The notes: a model not told the origin generated them from the sequence alone. Shown: positions 9,707-19,283, numbered from the stretch's first letter. The stretch is DNA of 64,000 bases from Actinomycetota bacterium (GCA_019347915.1 JAHWKL010000001.1:3612-67611), one strand, 5' to 3'. Made by a program: numbers and translations.

Positions 9707-9853
9707 TGGGAGCTCCCGGTCCTCGGCGAGATCGCTGCGCCCTCGGCCGTGGTGATCCGACCCGACGGGCACGTCAGCTGGGCAGGAGATCCAACGGACC
9801 CAGAGCTGCCTCGAGCACTTGCCACCTGGTTCGGAGCGGCTACTCCGGCTTGA
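9707..9853 (+). pseudogene. orphan 3' fragment of a Rox-like FAD monooxygenase
   Basis: WELPVLGEIAAPSAVVIRPDGHVSWAGDPTDPELPRALATWFGAATPA-stop is about 88% nt-identical by hand alignment to the last ~150 nt of the intact gene at 39746..41215. Nothing homologous lies upstream of 9707. Confidence 0.75.
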
Positions 9854-9889
9854 GAACCCGGACGGCCGAGCGCCATCACGTCCATCACC

Positions 9890-10047
9890 TGTGTGCCGCA
9901 GTGGGGCACACAGATCAGGCGCCCCATAATTGCGGCGCCCGACACCCCCGAGGCCCGCGATATCGGCGCTTCTGGAGCGGGGCGGCAGGGGCTCCCGAAC
10001 CTGCCCGTCGTCATTACCCCGCGCGAGGTAGGTGCCGAAGTCGGGTG
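9890..10047 (+). repeat. dispersed intergenic repeat, copy B2
   Basis: See B1. Starts with an 8-bp hairpin tgtgtgcc/ggcacaca, has a second hairpin ggcgcc/ggcgcc, and ends with GCGCGAGGTAGGTGCCGAAGTCGGGTG. Confidence 0.6.
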
Positions 10048-10208
10048 TTGCACGACGATGCCGAGCTGCACGACGGTCGCTACAGGTCTTCGTGCGTCGC
10101 ATGGTCTGGAGGGACGTCGTCGCCAGCGGAGGCTGCGGTGAGCCGGGATTCGCCCTCGGTCGGAACCAAGCGTCGACGGGTGCTGACCGTCCCCACGTGG
10201 CCGGGAAC

Positions 10209-10997
10209 CTAGCGGCGAAGGAGGGGCTTCTTGATGTAGTCGACCGAAACCGAGGTAGGGGGTTGGTCGAGATTGGCCTCAGCGCGGCGTCGGCTGACGA
10301 CGCGGACGTAGCCCAGGTAGCGACCGCCATCGGCCTCCAGGGCCTCGATCTCCACGCGGTTGTCGGGGGACGCTGTCCGTTGCCAGTCGAGCCACACGCG
10401 CCAGCCCTCGAACATGGTGTCGGCCACCTCTACGTCCACCGCCCCGCTTCTCGACCAGTGGTGGCGCCACCACTGAGCGGAGTGCAGGCAGCACATGGCC
10501 GGCTCCCACCACTGCTGGAGATGCTCGGGCACCGGCCCGTCGATCTCCTGGGTCAGCCCGGCCCCGGCGATCCCGATTGGACCACCCACCTTGACGAACC
10601 GGGTGAGGTAGCTCAGATAAAGGTCATCTGTCCCGTAGTAGGGGAAGGAGTCGATGCTCACGATGGCGTCGAAGAACCCGGTGGCGAACGGTAGTGAGCG
10701 GGCGTCGACGCACAGCGGGAACACGGCGTCGTCGACACCGGTGTCACGCAGCCGCTGGAGCCTCTCGTCGGCGCTGAACCACAGGTCGGCGGCCCAGACC
10801 TGCACACCGAACTCCCGACGGAGAAAGACCGACGACGCCCCTCGCCCGCATCCGAGATCCAGCACGCGCATGCCGGCCCGCAGTTGCATCGCCTCGGCCA
10901 GCCATTCCGTCAGCCACAGCGAGTTGGCCCCGCCGCTCATGCCGGCCAGCACCCACTCCGGCGCGTACGCCGTCGAGCGCGGGAATCGCTCATTCAT
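10209..10997 (-). CDS. class I SAM-dependent methyltransferase
   Basis: Motif I VLDLGCGRGASS and post-I/II ...FDAIVSIDSFPYYG. 262 aa. Confidence 0.85.
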   Translation of the reverse strand: MNERFPRSTAYAPEWVLAGMSGGANSLWLTEWLAEAMQLRAGMRVLDLGCGRGASSVFLRREFGVQVWAADLWFSADERLQRLRDTGVDDAVFPLCVDARSLPFATGFFDAIVSIDSFPYYGTDDLYLSYLTRFVKVGGPIGIAGAGLTQEIDGPVPEHLQQWWEPAMCCLHSAQWWRHHWSRSGAVDVEVADTMFEGWRVWLDWQRTASPDNRVEIEALEADGGRYLGYVRVVSRRRAEANLDQPPTSVSVDYIKKPLLRR

Positions 10998-11359
10998 TTA
11001 TCAACCGGTCGTCTCGAGTCATCCTGCGCTCCTGTGCCGGCGAGGTGGCGTCGGGCGACCTCAGGTCGCCGGAAGTCTCCCACGGCATCGAGCGACCCTT
11101 ACCGGCATCACATCGGCGACAGGTGCTCACCCGTTGTCGGGCTGCAGTGAGGTTGACTCGGTGGCATGTCGAGGGAGGAACTGCGCAGACGAAACTTGTG
11201 GTCGAGTCACGCCTCACTTGACTCTCAGTGTCACCGGACGGTGTGCCGCCCCCCGGGAGAGCTGGCCCCCGTCCGTTAGCGACCGCCGGCGCGCGCGGAA
11301 GCCGACAACGACACTGCGTGCCACGACCTCCGGCCGTATGCCTTGCGCGAAGGATGGCC

Positions 11360-12835
11360 TCAGGGTACAGGCGGAGCCGGGCCCTCGTGATCAGCTGCGG
11401 ATGCAAGCCAGGCGACTCCGGGATCGGGATCCCCCTTGGGCGCCGACCACCGCGCAACCTCATGGCCGTCGGGCCGGACGAGCACAGCACCCGTGCGGCG
11501 CCCCAAGTCCAGCGCAGCGGCGGCCTGGGGTTCGGTGACTACCACCTCCACCGGAGCTGTAAAGCCAGTCTGTCCCGCCACGTCGGTCCACCGGGCGTCG
11601 TCGGTCGCCGCGAACAAGGTGAGACCGTCGCCGATGAGGTCGAGGGTCGAGACCGGTTGGCCAGAGCGGGCCAGCCAGCAGTGGACGAGGCGGTCGTCAA
11701 GGTCCCAGGGGAGCGCCTCGTCGGTGGTGCGTCGGGCGCCACCGGGCGAGCCGGCTCGGCCCACGTTGTGGAGCCCGATCGGACGCCGCTCATCCTCGTA
11801 GGTGTCCAGTAGCTCGGCAGGTGCCCAGCCCCTGAGCACCCACGCCAGCTTCCATCCGAGGTCGAAGGCGTCCTGGATCCCGGTGTTCATGCCGGTGCCG
11901 CCCCGGTGCGTCATGCGGTGGGCGGCGTCGCCGATCAGGAAGCCGCGGTCCCTGCGGTAACGCTGGGCGATCTGGGCTGCGAAGGTGAAGCTGCTGCGCC
12001 GCTCGACGGTGACGTCGAGTCGAGTTACTCCCACCGCAGTTTCGATCATCGCGATGAGGTCAGCTTCGGAGAGATCGTCCATGCCGGGCTCGTCGGCCGG
12101 CCGCTCCCGAGACAGCCCCCAGCGGTCCTCCCGGCCCCGGCGGGCAAGGACGCTGCCGTCCACATCTGGATGCTTTAGGACGTATAGAGCGTGACGCCGC
12201 TTCCCAACGACAGCGTCCAGTGCAGCAAGGAACTCCACGCGCTCGTAGAGGCCGAGGTCATCGGGGCCTTCCATCGCGACGCCAAGCTCGCGACGCACGG
12301 CGCTGTGTGCGCCGTCGGCGGCGACGACGTACTCCGCCTCCAGCTGCTGCCGCTCGCCGGACGCCCGGTCAACCATAGTGGCTCGGACACCGGCCTCATC
12401 CTGTTCGAGCGCCACCAACTGGGTGTTGAACTGCACGGTGGCCGACGGCAAGCCCTGGAGGCAGGCCAGCAGAAGCGGTTCATGGTGGGACTGCGGCGTC
12501 CATGCGGGTCGAGCCGGACTGACCCTTCTCGCCTCCTTGTCTGACGGGTAGCCGAGCGGCATCACCATGCCCTCGTTCGACGCCAAGGTCGGCGTGGCCA
12601 GCGCGGTGGGCTCGACGTCGGCGGCGCCGGCACGCACCGCCTCCTCGAGTCCGAAGCGGCGCATGAGCTCCATGCCACGGGTGCTGATGACCAGTGCCCG
12701 CGAGAGCGTCGAACCTCCCTCGCGCTGCTCGACGACCACTACGTCGACCCCATACTGGGCCAGGGTGATGCCAGCGACGAGCCCGCAGGGTCCCGCGCCG
12801 ACGACGAGTACGTCCACGTGCTGGCTGTCCTTCAA
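11360..12835 (-). CDS. FAD-dependent aromatic-ring monooxygenase (PheA/TfdB-like)
   Basis: DVLVVGAGPCGL dinucleotide fold, DG.HSAVR and GDAAHRMTHRGGTGMNTGIQDAFDLGWKL motifs. 491 aa. Confidence 0.85.
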   Translation of the reverse strand: MKDSQHVDVLVVGAGPCGLVAGITLAQYGVDVVVVEQREGGSTLSRALVISTRGMELMRRFGLEEAVRAGAADVEPTALATPTLASNEGMVMPLGYPSDKEARRVSPARPAWTPQSHHEPLLLACLQGLPSATVQFNTQLVALEQDEAGVRATMVDRASGERQQLEAEYVVAADGAHSAVRRELGVAMEGPDDLGLYERVEFLAALDAVVGKRRHALYVLKHPDVDGSVLARRGREDRWGLSRERPADEPGMDDLSEADLIAMIETAVGVTRLDVTVERRSSFTFAAQIAQRYRRDRGFLIGDAAHRMTHRGGTGMNTGIQDAFDLGWKLAWVLRGWAPAELLDTYEDERRPIGLHNVGRAGSPGGARRTTDEALPWDLDDRLVHCWLARSGQPVSTLDLIGDGLTLFAATDDARWTDVAGQTGFTAPVEVVVTEPQAAAALDLGRRTGAVLVRPDGHEVARWSAPKGDPDPGVAWLASAADHEGPAPPVP

Positions 12836-12971
12836 GGCTCACATGCTCGCGCATCCTGGCGGCTGCCCACTCCGACTGGAAACTGCATCGGGTGCCGCAA
12901 GGCATCTCAGAACGACCCACCACCGAAAGGGCTGCTGTCGCCCTTGCCGGGTTGTGACGCACCTGCGGGCG

Positions 12972-13079
12972 CCCGGTATCCGGCGGTTGCGTGCGCCTGG
13001 GCCGCACGAGTTCGCTCCCCGGTCGGGTGCCACGGGTTCCGAGGGTTACCGGGCACAGCGCTGGTGCCGAAGTCGGGCG
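12972..13079 (+). repeat. dispersed intergenic repeat, copy A1
   Basis: 108 nt differing at 2 positions from 18356-18463. Contains the hairpin cgtgcg-cctgggc-cgcacg and the 3' module GGTTACCGGGC.CAGCGCTGGTGCCGAAGTCGGGCG. Confidence 0.85.
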
Positions 13080-13262
13080 ATTGCGTCGGGCGGATTGCGT
13101 GCCTGGACACGTCCGGCTCGGCAGGAATTGGATCGCTCGCTAGCCGGCCAGGCGGGTCGACGTCGACTATCTGGCGCTCCTCCACGTTGTCGTCCAAGCT
13201 GTGGCGTCGCCAGCCCGTCGAGGGCAATCTCTGCCCAGAGCTCCCACCGGCCGAGGAGGGGA

Positions 13263-13918
13263 ATGGACTACGTCGACGTGGCAGGCCTGCGCATCGGGTT
13301 CCGGCGCAGAGGCGCCGGGACGCCGCTCGTTCTTCTTCACGGAGCGGTGAGCGACAGCCGGGTCTGGCGCGTCGAGCTCGAGTCTTTCGCCGACGCCTTT
13401 ACGGTGGTGGCCTGGGACGCCCCCGGCTGCGGCGGTTCGGCGGACCCCCCGTCGGACTTCCGGATGGGTGACTTCGCCGACGCTCTGGCGGAACTCCTCG
13501 ATGCGCTCGACTTGGGACCCGCCCACGTTCTCGGCCACTCCTGGGGCTCGACCGCTCGCTCTCGAGTTGTACCTACGGCAATCCGTCGGCGGTGCGCAGT
13601 CTCGTCCTCATGCCTGCGGAGCGGGCGCAGGAGTTGGCTTCCATCATGCGCGACAGCCGTCCCGTCGGCACGCGGACGATGGCCCTGGCCCTCGCCGAGG
13701 CCGATCTGCGCGCCGCTCTGCGGAACATCGGGGTGCCGACTCTCGTGGTATGCGGGGAGGCCGACGAGCGGTCTCCGTTGAGCATCGGCCGCGAACTCCA
13801 CTCAGCGATCCCACGTTCGGCGCTGGCCGTGCTCAAGGGTCTCGGCCACGAGTGCTACATGGAGTCCGCCGACACCTTCGGCGCCGAGGTGCGCCGGTTC
13901 TTGCTCGCACAGTCGTGA
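13263..13918 (+). pseudogene. alpha/beta-fold hydrolase disrupted by frameshift(s) around 13550-13590
   Basis: MDYVDVAGLRIGFRRRGAGTPLVLLHGAVSDSRVW...GHSWGST in one frame, LALELYLRQ in a second, and SAVRSLVLM...VPTLVVCGEADERSPL...LKGLGHECYMESADTFGAEVRRFL in a third (ORF 13592..13918). Nucleophile elbow GHSWG and the C-terminal His region are both present. Confidence 0.65.
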
Positions 13919-14102
13919 GCGGATGACGCCGGACATGTCGCAGGAGCGCCTGGTCGCTACCTCGCTGTCTGCCTAGGGCGACTTCGGCCGCTGAGCGCTC
14001 TTGGCCTGGAAGGTACTCGGCTGGTCGATGGCAGCGATGGTGGAGCGTCGTTTCCACCCGCCGCAACGGTGCCGTAGTGTGCGGGGCTGAGGCGTTCAGC
14101 CC

Positions 14103-15719
14103 TCAGCTCGAACGCCCTCGTCGGCTCATGGCCGCGACCAGTAGGAACGCGCCGAAGACCGCGACCCCGGCGGCCATCCCCAGGGCGACGCGGATCAAGG
14201 AGGAGGTCCCAGCCTCCAGCGTTTCGAACTGTACGGCGGCGCTGTAGACGTCCTGCCCCTCGGTGGTGGCGACCTCGCCCCTGGTGTCGTCCCATCCGAT
14301 CACCGTGTAGGCGTCGGTGGCGACCAAACCCGGAGGCTGGCGGATGTCGGCGTTGCCGTACCAGACGCCGCTTCGACGCTCGATGGACCGGTCGGTGACG
14401 CGGATGTTCCCGGACCAGGTGTCCCCGTTGTCGCTCGAGGACGCCAGGTACACATCGTTGATGAAGCCCCCGACGGTGGCATCGTTGCGAAAGTCCCACC
14501 AGGCCACGTCGACGCGGCCGTGGGGAGCGACGATGAGGTCGGGGTGGTATTGGCCGACGAGAGCGTCGGCCGGGTCGTCGCTGAGCCGCGTGGGCTCGTT
14601 CCAGGTCACCCCGCCGTCGGTCGACCGCTCATGGTAGATGTCGTTGACCCACTGGATGCCCTGGGGTGTCTCGGCTTCGTACACGAGGTGCAACGTGCCC
14701 TGCGGACCACCAGCGGGCGACCACTGCAGAGCTGGGTACCGGTAGGTCTCGGTCGCCGGGCTCAGCTCGACCACCGTGAAGGTTCGGCCGCCGTCCCGGG
14801 AGGTGGAGAGGAACGCGGCCGTGTCGTCCATCTGCGGGCCGGGACCGAACCGGGCGTTCCACACCGCGTACAGCGTGCCGTCCCGGTCGAGCGTCAAGTC
14901 CGGCCAGTAGTAGAGGACCTCACTGGCCGGTGGGACCTCGTCGAGGTCGGCGGCCTCGGCCAGCCGGCGCCGACTGTCGTCGTCCTCGAAGTACCCCGCC
15001 GTGAGGTCTATCGGCTCGGAGAAGGTGACGCCTCCATCCGACGAGGACGCCACGAGCGGCAGTTGCCGACCGTCGCGATAGGTCACCTTCCAACCCACGT
15101 ACACGATGTCGGTCGGGCCTGAGGTTGAGTCGACCACGAGGCTGGATACGGGACGGTTGTTCTCCTGTTCGTCGCCCGGGCGGCCACGGGCGTCCCGGAT
15201 GACCGTCGTCTCCCAGCTGTCACCGAAGTCTGCGGAACGGGCCAACACCGGGCTCACGTTGCCCCGCCACCCGCCACCAGGGCCGATGGGCCACTCGCTC
15301 TGGGTGTCCTGGATGTCCCACCCGGCGTAGGCGTAGTAAAGAGTGCCGTCGCCGCCGAAGGCGGTGACGGCCTGGGTGGGGCCGGTCTCGGTCTGGAAGC
15401 AGAAGGGATAGCCCTCGGCCACGGGGTTGGTGTCGGGGTCTTCCCACGAACGCCCGGCGTCTCGGGACCGAAGCAGGTTGCAGGTCCGAGACCGGATCTC
15501 GGCGACGGCGGCCACGATCCGGTCGGGATCCCTCGGATCCCTCGCCATGACCGGTGAGGAGTAGGTGCGGCTCGGGTTCGGGTCGGCGTCTGTCACATGG
15601 ACGGCGGCCAGCACGCGAGCCTCCTCGGGGGCTCCAAGCGAGGAAGAGCCACCGAGTGACGTGAGGGTGAAGCCGAAAACCAGCGCCGCTCCAGCCTTGA
15701 CGACGCCCTGAGCTCTCAC
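14103..15719 (-). CDS. BNR/Asp-box repeat (sialidase-fold) protein with C-terminal TM anchor
   Basis: Six SxDxGxTW-type boxes: SRDAGRSW, SADFGDSW, SSDGGVTF, SRDGGRTF, STDGGVTW, SSDNGDTW. C-terminal helix is VALGMAAGVAVFGAFLLVAAM. GTG 15719 was chosen because the upstream 200 codons of ORF 14103..16340 are Arg/Pro-rich and overlap a better gene in another frame. GTGA overlaps the upstream stop. Confidence 0.8.
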   Translation of the reverse strand: MRAQGVVKAGAALVFGFTLTSLGGSSSLGAPEEARVLAAVHVTDADPNPSRTYSSPVMARDPRDPDRIVAAVAEIRSRTCNLLRSRDAGRSWEDPDTNPVAEGYPFCFQTETGPTQAVTAFGGDGTLYYAYAGWDIQDTQSEWPIGPGGGWRGNVSPVLARSADFGDSWETTVIRDARGRPGDEQENNRPVSSLVVDSTSGPTDIVYVGWKVTYRDGRQLPLVASSSDGGVTFSEPIDLTAGYFEDDDSRRRLAEAADLDEVPPASEVLYYWPDLTLDRDGTLYAVWNARFGPGPQMDDTAAFLSTSRDGGRTFTVVELSPATETYRYPALQWSPAGGPQGTLHLVYEAETPQGIQWVNDIYHERSTDGGVTWNEPTRLSDDPADALVGQYHPDLIVAPHGRVDVAWWDFRNDATVGGFINDVYLASSSDNGDTWSGNIRVTDRSIERRSGVWYGNADIRQPPGLVATDAYTVIGWDDTRGEVATTEGQDVYSAAVQFETLEAGTSSLIRVALGMAAGVAVFGAFLLVAAMSRRGRSS

Positions 15720-16333
15720 CTCGCCCCCTGCGCGGAAGCTCGGCGGCGACTGGAACTGAGGTAGGCCGTCGTGACCGCGCCGAGGAAGACGGCGGTGGCC
15801 AACGCGACCATCACGGTGATGGCGAGCGAGCCGTCCCCCCGGACGGCGAAGCGACTGGGGCGGGCCTCCACCATGAGAGGTGCCTCCTGGTTCTGGGACA
15901 CGCCCGCGCCCTGGATGGTGAGGGCCGCCCGTCCCGGGAGCCGGGTGGGGGCGCCGTTGGAGTCCTGCTGTACGGCGTAGAGGAGCGTTCGGCCAGGCGG
16001 GGCGTCGGAGGGAATGACCACGTCGCCGCTGATGATGTCTTCGTCGCTCGGCTGGAGCTCCGCCAGGACCGGACCGTCTAGGGCCCCTAGGTGGATGAAG
16101 GCGGTGTCGGTGTAGGAGAACCCCCGAACCGTGACGGAGTCCCCAGGAGAGACTTCGGCGGCACTGACATCGAGGATGGAGAAGTTGTGGCGTGCCTCGG
16201 CTACCGGCGCCGAGACGACAAGGCCAAGCGCCAGACAGAGCGCGGCCACAAGACTGAGTGACGCCTGATGCTTGTGGTGATGTCGTCCGCCCCCTGACTG
16301 CATCGCGGCGCATGGAAGCAGCGGCCTCAGCAC
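15716..16333 (-). CDS. secreted/anchored protein with Ig-like region (start may be the second Met at 16303)
   Basis: Signal-like LSLVAALCLALGLVVSAPVAEA, a beta-rich middle and C-terminal TM AITVMVALATAVFLGAVTTAYL. Translationally coupled to the BNR gene. Confidence 0.65.
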   Translation of the reverse strand: MLRPLLPCAAMQSGGGRHHHKHQASLSLVAALCLALGLVVSAPVAEARHNFSILDVSAAEVSPGDSVTVRGFSYTDTAFIHLGALDGPVLAELQPSDEDIISGDVVIPSDAPPGRTLLYAVQQDSNGAPTRLPGRAALTIQGAGVSQNQEAPLMVEARPSRFAVRGDGSLAITVMVALATAVFLGAVTTAYLSSSRRRASAQGAR

Positions 16334-16714
16334 CTGTCAATAGAGGTTCCCAACACCTACCGGGACGCTAGGAAACCCTCGACTCACCCCCTGGCACCCC
16401 CTCGTTCGTCTACCGCAACGTCGGCGACTTCCCGCTGAGCTGGCACCACTGAGCGCTTCGCCGGGGAGCTGGCCGATGACCCTTGACCCGCAGAGCTTGA
16501 CCGACGTCCTCCCTCCTTCGAGCACGAGCAGGCACCGGGGTGAACCTTGCTTGATAGTGCGAAAGCGCCGACGTTTCCGAACTCTGCCGGCTCATGGAGC
16601 ACGACCGCTCGGTCCCTGTTGCTGTATATGCGCGTTACAGCTATTGAGCCAGCGCGTGACCCCTCGTAACGTCTCAGTCGTAGAGGACAGCGGTGGCAGT
16701 GGGGCGATCGGGCC

Positions 16715-18244
16715 GTGCACCATCGCGAGATGTCGCCGCAAGGGGGGCACGTGGCACTGGGTCTGAAGGCACTGCGACACGAACGGTGGGTTGCGTCCAA
16801 CCAGGAGCGGGGACGAACGCCGCGGAAGAGGAGCGCGCCCGCGGTCGCCTTTGCCGTGGCCCTGATCTCCACCTTGATCACCTTGGCGAGTCCCGCCGAA
16901 GCCAGCCACATCGGTTGCGGAGACGTCATCACCGAGGACACGACCCTCGACAGCGACATCGGGCCCTGCCCCGGCGTTGGAATCATCGTAGGCGCGGACA
17001 ATATTACCGTGAACCTGGGCGGCCACACGGTCATTGGAAATCCGGAGAGTCGCCCTAATCAGGAGATGGTGGGGGAAACCCGCGACCGAGCTGGCGTCCT
17101 GTTGCGCCAGGTCCGTGGCGTTACGGTCACCGACGGCACCGTGTCCGGGTTTGACGCCGGGGTGGCAATCATGGGCGGTGGCGGGAACACCGTCCGCAGG
17201 ATTACCGCACACGACAACGTCAACTACCGACTGGTCACCGGCCAGGAGGCGTCTCCCGACGACGTCGACCGCGACGAGGGGCCCTTCTGTTGGTTCGGTG
17301 ACGGTATCACCCTGTTCAACTCCAGCGGAAACGTTGTCGAGCACAATCGGCTCGTTGCCAACGGACCGTTCTCGGGCGTTTCGCTGGTGGGCGACTCCGA
17401 CGACAACGTTGTCGTTCGCAACGACGTAAGCGACCACGATGTCGTTAACGAAACACCCGACGGTGAGGGCACGATCTGCGGCGGGTTGGGATCGCCCGGT
17501 CAGCCGATGGTCATCGGCCGAACCCTGCAGGACGTCGGCATTCGGATCGAAGGTCCCGGTGCAGGGGACAACTTGGTGGAGGGGAACCGTGTCGTCCGCA
17601 GCGGCCTTGGCGGGGTGTTCGTGCATGGCTACGTGCGCGCTACCGGAGCGAACAACGGCGGCAACGTCATCCGCAAGAACCGTATTTCTGAGACCGGATT
17701 GCGCCACCACGAGGTCGTCGACGTCGTCGACGCTGACCTCGCCTCCGGCATTACCCTGCACCACGCCCAGAGCTCTGCCGTCCACGTGTCGCACGGCAAC
17801 CTGATCGAAGGCAACACCTCTTCGCGGAACTTCGCCGCGGGCATCTACGCAATCGGTCCCTGGCCGAGCGACGCCGTCGACGAGTTCGGCAACACCATCC
17901 GCGACAACGTCACCAACCACAACGCGCTCGGCGGCATCCAGCTCGGGGAGGGCGTTGTCCACACGACGGTGGTCGGCAACCGTGGGCACGGAAACGGCTG
18001 GGACAAGGAGCTGGCTAGGGAGATCACCGAAAACTCTCCGTATGGAAGTTGGGACGCGGTCGACGGGGCCGACAACAACGACGACTGCGGTACCAATGTG
18101 TGGTCACGTAACCGGTTCGGCAGCGTCAATCAAGGCTGCGTGGCAGCCGAGGGCACCGGCTGGGTCGGCGGTCCGGGGAAGTCCGCCGATGCCGAAGGCG
18201 GCGGGGGAGGACCGCTAAGTCGAGGCCTTCCGCAGCGTGACTGA
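16715..18244 (+). CDS. secreted right-handed parallel beta-helix repeat protein (NosD/pectate-lyase-like)
   Basis: Signal AVAFAVALISTLITLASPAEA, then repeated G.N..V.GN.i..N motifs (GNTVRRITAHDN, GNVVEHNRLVANG, DNVVVRNDVSDHD, GNLIEGNTSSRN, GNTIRDNVTNHN). Confidence 0.8.
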   Translation: MHHREMSPQGGHVALGLKALRHERWVASNQERGRTPRKRSAPAVAFAVALISTLITLASPAEASHIGCGDVITEDTTLDSDIGPCPGVGIIVGADNITVNLGGHTVIGNPESRPNQEMVGETRDRAGVLLRQVRGVTVTDGTVSGFDAGVAIMGGGGNTVRRITAHDNVNYRLVTGQEASPDDVDRDEGPFCWFGDGITLFNSSGNVVEHNRLVANGPFSGVSLVGDSDDNVVVRNDVSDHDVVNETPDGEGTICGGLGSPGQPMVIGRTLQDVGIRIEGPGAGDNLVEGNRVVRSGLGGVFVHGYVRATGANNGGNVIRKNRISETGLRHHEVVDVVDADLASGITLHHAQSSAVHVSHGNLIEGNTSSRNFAAGIYAIGPWPSDAVDEFGNTIRDNVTNHNALGGIQLGEGVVHTTVVGNRGHGNGWDKELAREITENSPYGSWDAVDGADNNDDCGTNVWSRNRFGSVNQGCVAAEGTGWVGGPGKSADAEGGGGGPLSRGLPQRD

Positions 18245-18355
18245 TCTTTGACGTCAGCTCAGCTTGGCTAGATGTACAGGACCTCGGCCGAGGGCAGAGA
18301 CTCCTATGACCAGAAGCCGCGAAAGCTGGTCCACTGCGCCACCAGACGGGGTGCA

Positions 18356-18463
18356 CCCGGTAACCGGCGGTTGCGTGCGCCTGGGCCGCACGAGTTCGCT
18401 CCCCGGTCGGGTGCCACGGGTTCCGAGGGTTACCGGGCGCAGCGCTGGTGCCGAAGTCGGGCG
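18356..18463 (+). repeat. dispersed intergenic repeat, copy A2
   Basis: See A1. The 5' arm cccggtaacc (18356-18365) is the exact reverse complement of ggttaccggg (18428-18437). Confidence 0.85.
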
Positions 18464-18636
18464 GTCTTCCGTGTGGCGGGCGTCGCTCCGGCGCACGGGC
18501 GAGTAGCGCGGTCGCGTACAGCAGATCCGGTCAGCCTGGTGCCCCACCTACCCGGCGTACGGAGACAGGCGGGCACCGATCTTTTGGGACGACGTGCTGG
18601 GACAGGGGGCGGCGCAGTTGCCTACCTGAGCCCGCC

Positions 18637-19281
18637 TCAGCGGCTCCTCTTTGAGGAGCCGTCTCGCTCAAGGATGCGGGCGACGGCGGTCCGGCCTCGA
18701 TCGAGCACCTCGGCACTGTGGAACAGGACGAAGTGGTAGTTGGTCAACTCGAGGCACGCGTGGAGCTCAAAGGCGAGTTGTCTCGGGTCGAGGTCTTGGG
18801 CGATCTCACCACGGTGTTGACCTTCGCGCACGAGATCGGCGAACCCCTCCTGCCACGTCCGCTCCAACGATACGACGACGTCGCGGATCGGGCCGGGGCG
18901 GGCGTCTACCTCTGCAAGCAACGACGCGAAGAAGCACCCGCCCGGAAAAACACCGCGCTCGACGTATGAGATGTACGCCTCGCAGATGGCCTCGAGCTGC
19001 GGGAGCCCGGCGGGAGCCCCGAGCGCCGGCCGGACGACCTCTGCTTCGAAGATCGACCGTGCCGACTCGATCATCTCCAGTTGGAGCTGCTCCTTCGACC
19101 CGAAGTGGGCGTAGAGGCCGCTCTTGCTCACCCCGAGCGCGTCGGCGAGACGACCGAGGCTCAACCCGTGGATGCCTTCCACCGACGCCAGCCGAGTGGC
19201 GACGTCCAAGATCGCAGCATGCGCCCTCTCGCCATCGAGGCGGCGCCGGCGCCTCGGCTTCGTTTCGGAACCCGATTCCAC
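18637..19281 (-). CDS. TetR/AcrR family transcriptional regulator
   Basis: GTG 19281 is in frame with ORF 18637..19557. HTH is ILDVATRLASVEGIHGLSLGRLADALGVSKSGLYAHFGSKEQL. Confidence 0.85.
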   Translation of the reverse strand: MESGSETKPRRRRRLDGERAHAAILDVATRLASVEGIHGLSLGRLADALGVSKSGLYAHFGSKEQLQLEMIESARSIFEAEVVRPALGAPAGLPQLEAICEAYISYVERGVFPGGCFFASLLAEVDARPGPIRDVVVSLERTWQEGFADLVREGQHRGEIAQDLDPRQLAFELHACLELTNYHFVLFHSAEVLDRGRTAVARILERDGSSKRSR

Positions 19282-19283
19282 TG

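Noticed and set aside
12972-13079. Repeat copies as fragments of a protein-coding gene (shared peptides such as PDFGT..A.GN on the minus strand and AQRWCRSR on the plus strand)
   Set aside because: The reading frames are broken by compensating indels between B1 and B2, and by a stop in C1. Conservation tracks hairpin stems rather than codons.
12567-13781. 404-aa plus-strand ORF taken as one gene
   Set aside because: It is a chimera. Its first ~230 codons are antisense to the FAD monooxygenase and run through repeat A1. Only the part from ATG 13263 looks like a real (frameshifted) alpha/beta hydrolase.
14103-16340. Full 745-aa version of the BNR-repeat ORF
   Set aside because: The first ~207 codons are Arg/Pro/Gly-rich. 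They overlap a well-formed signal-peptide/TM protein in another frame (15716..16333). GTG 15719, with a GTGA overlap, gives a sensible signal-anchored start.
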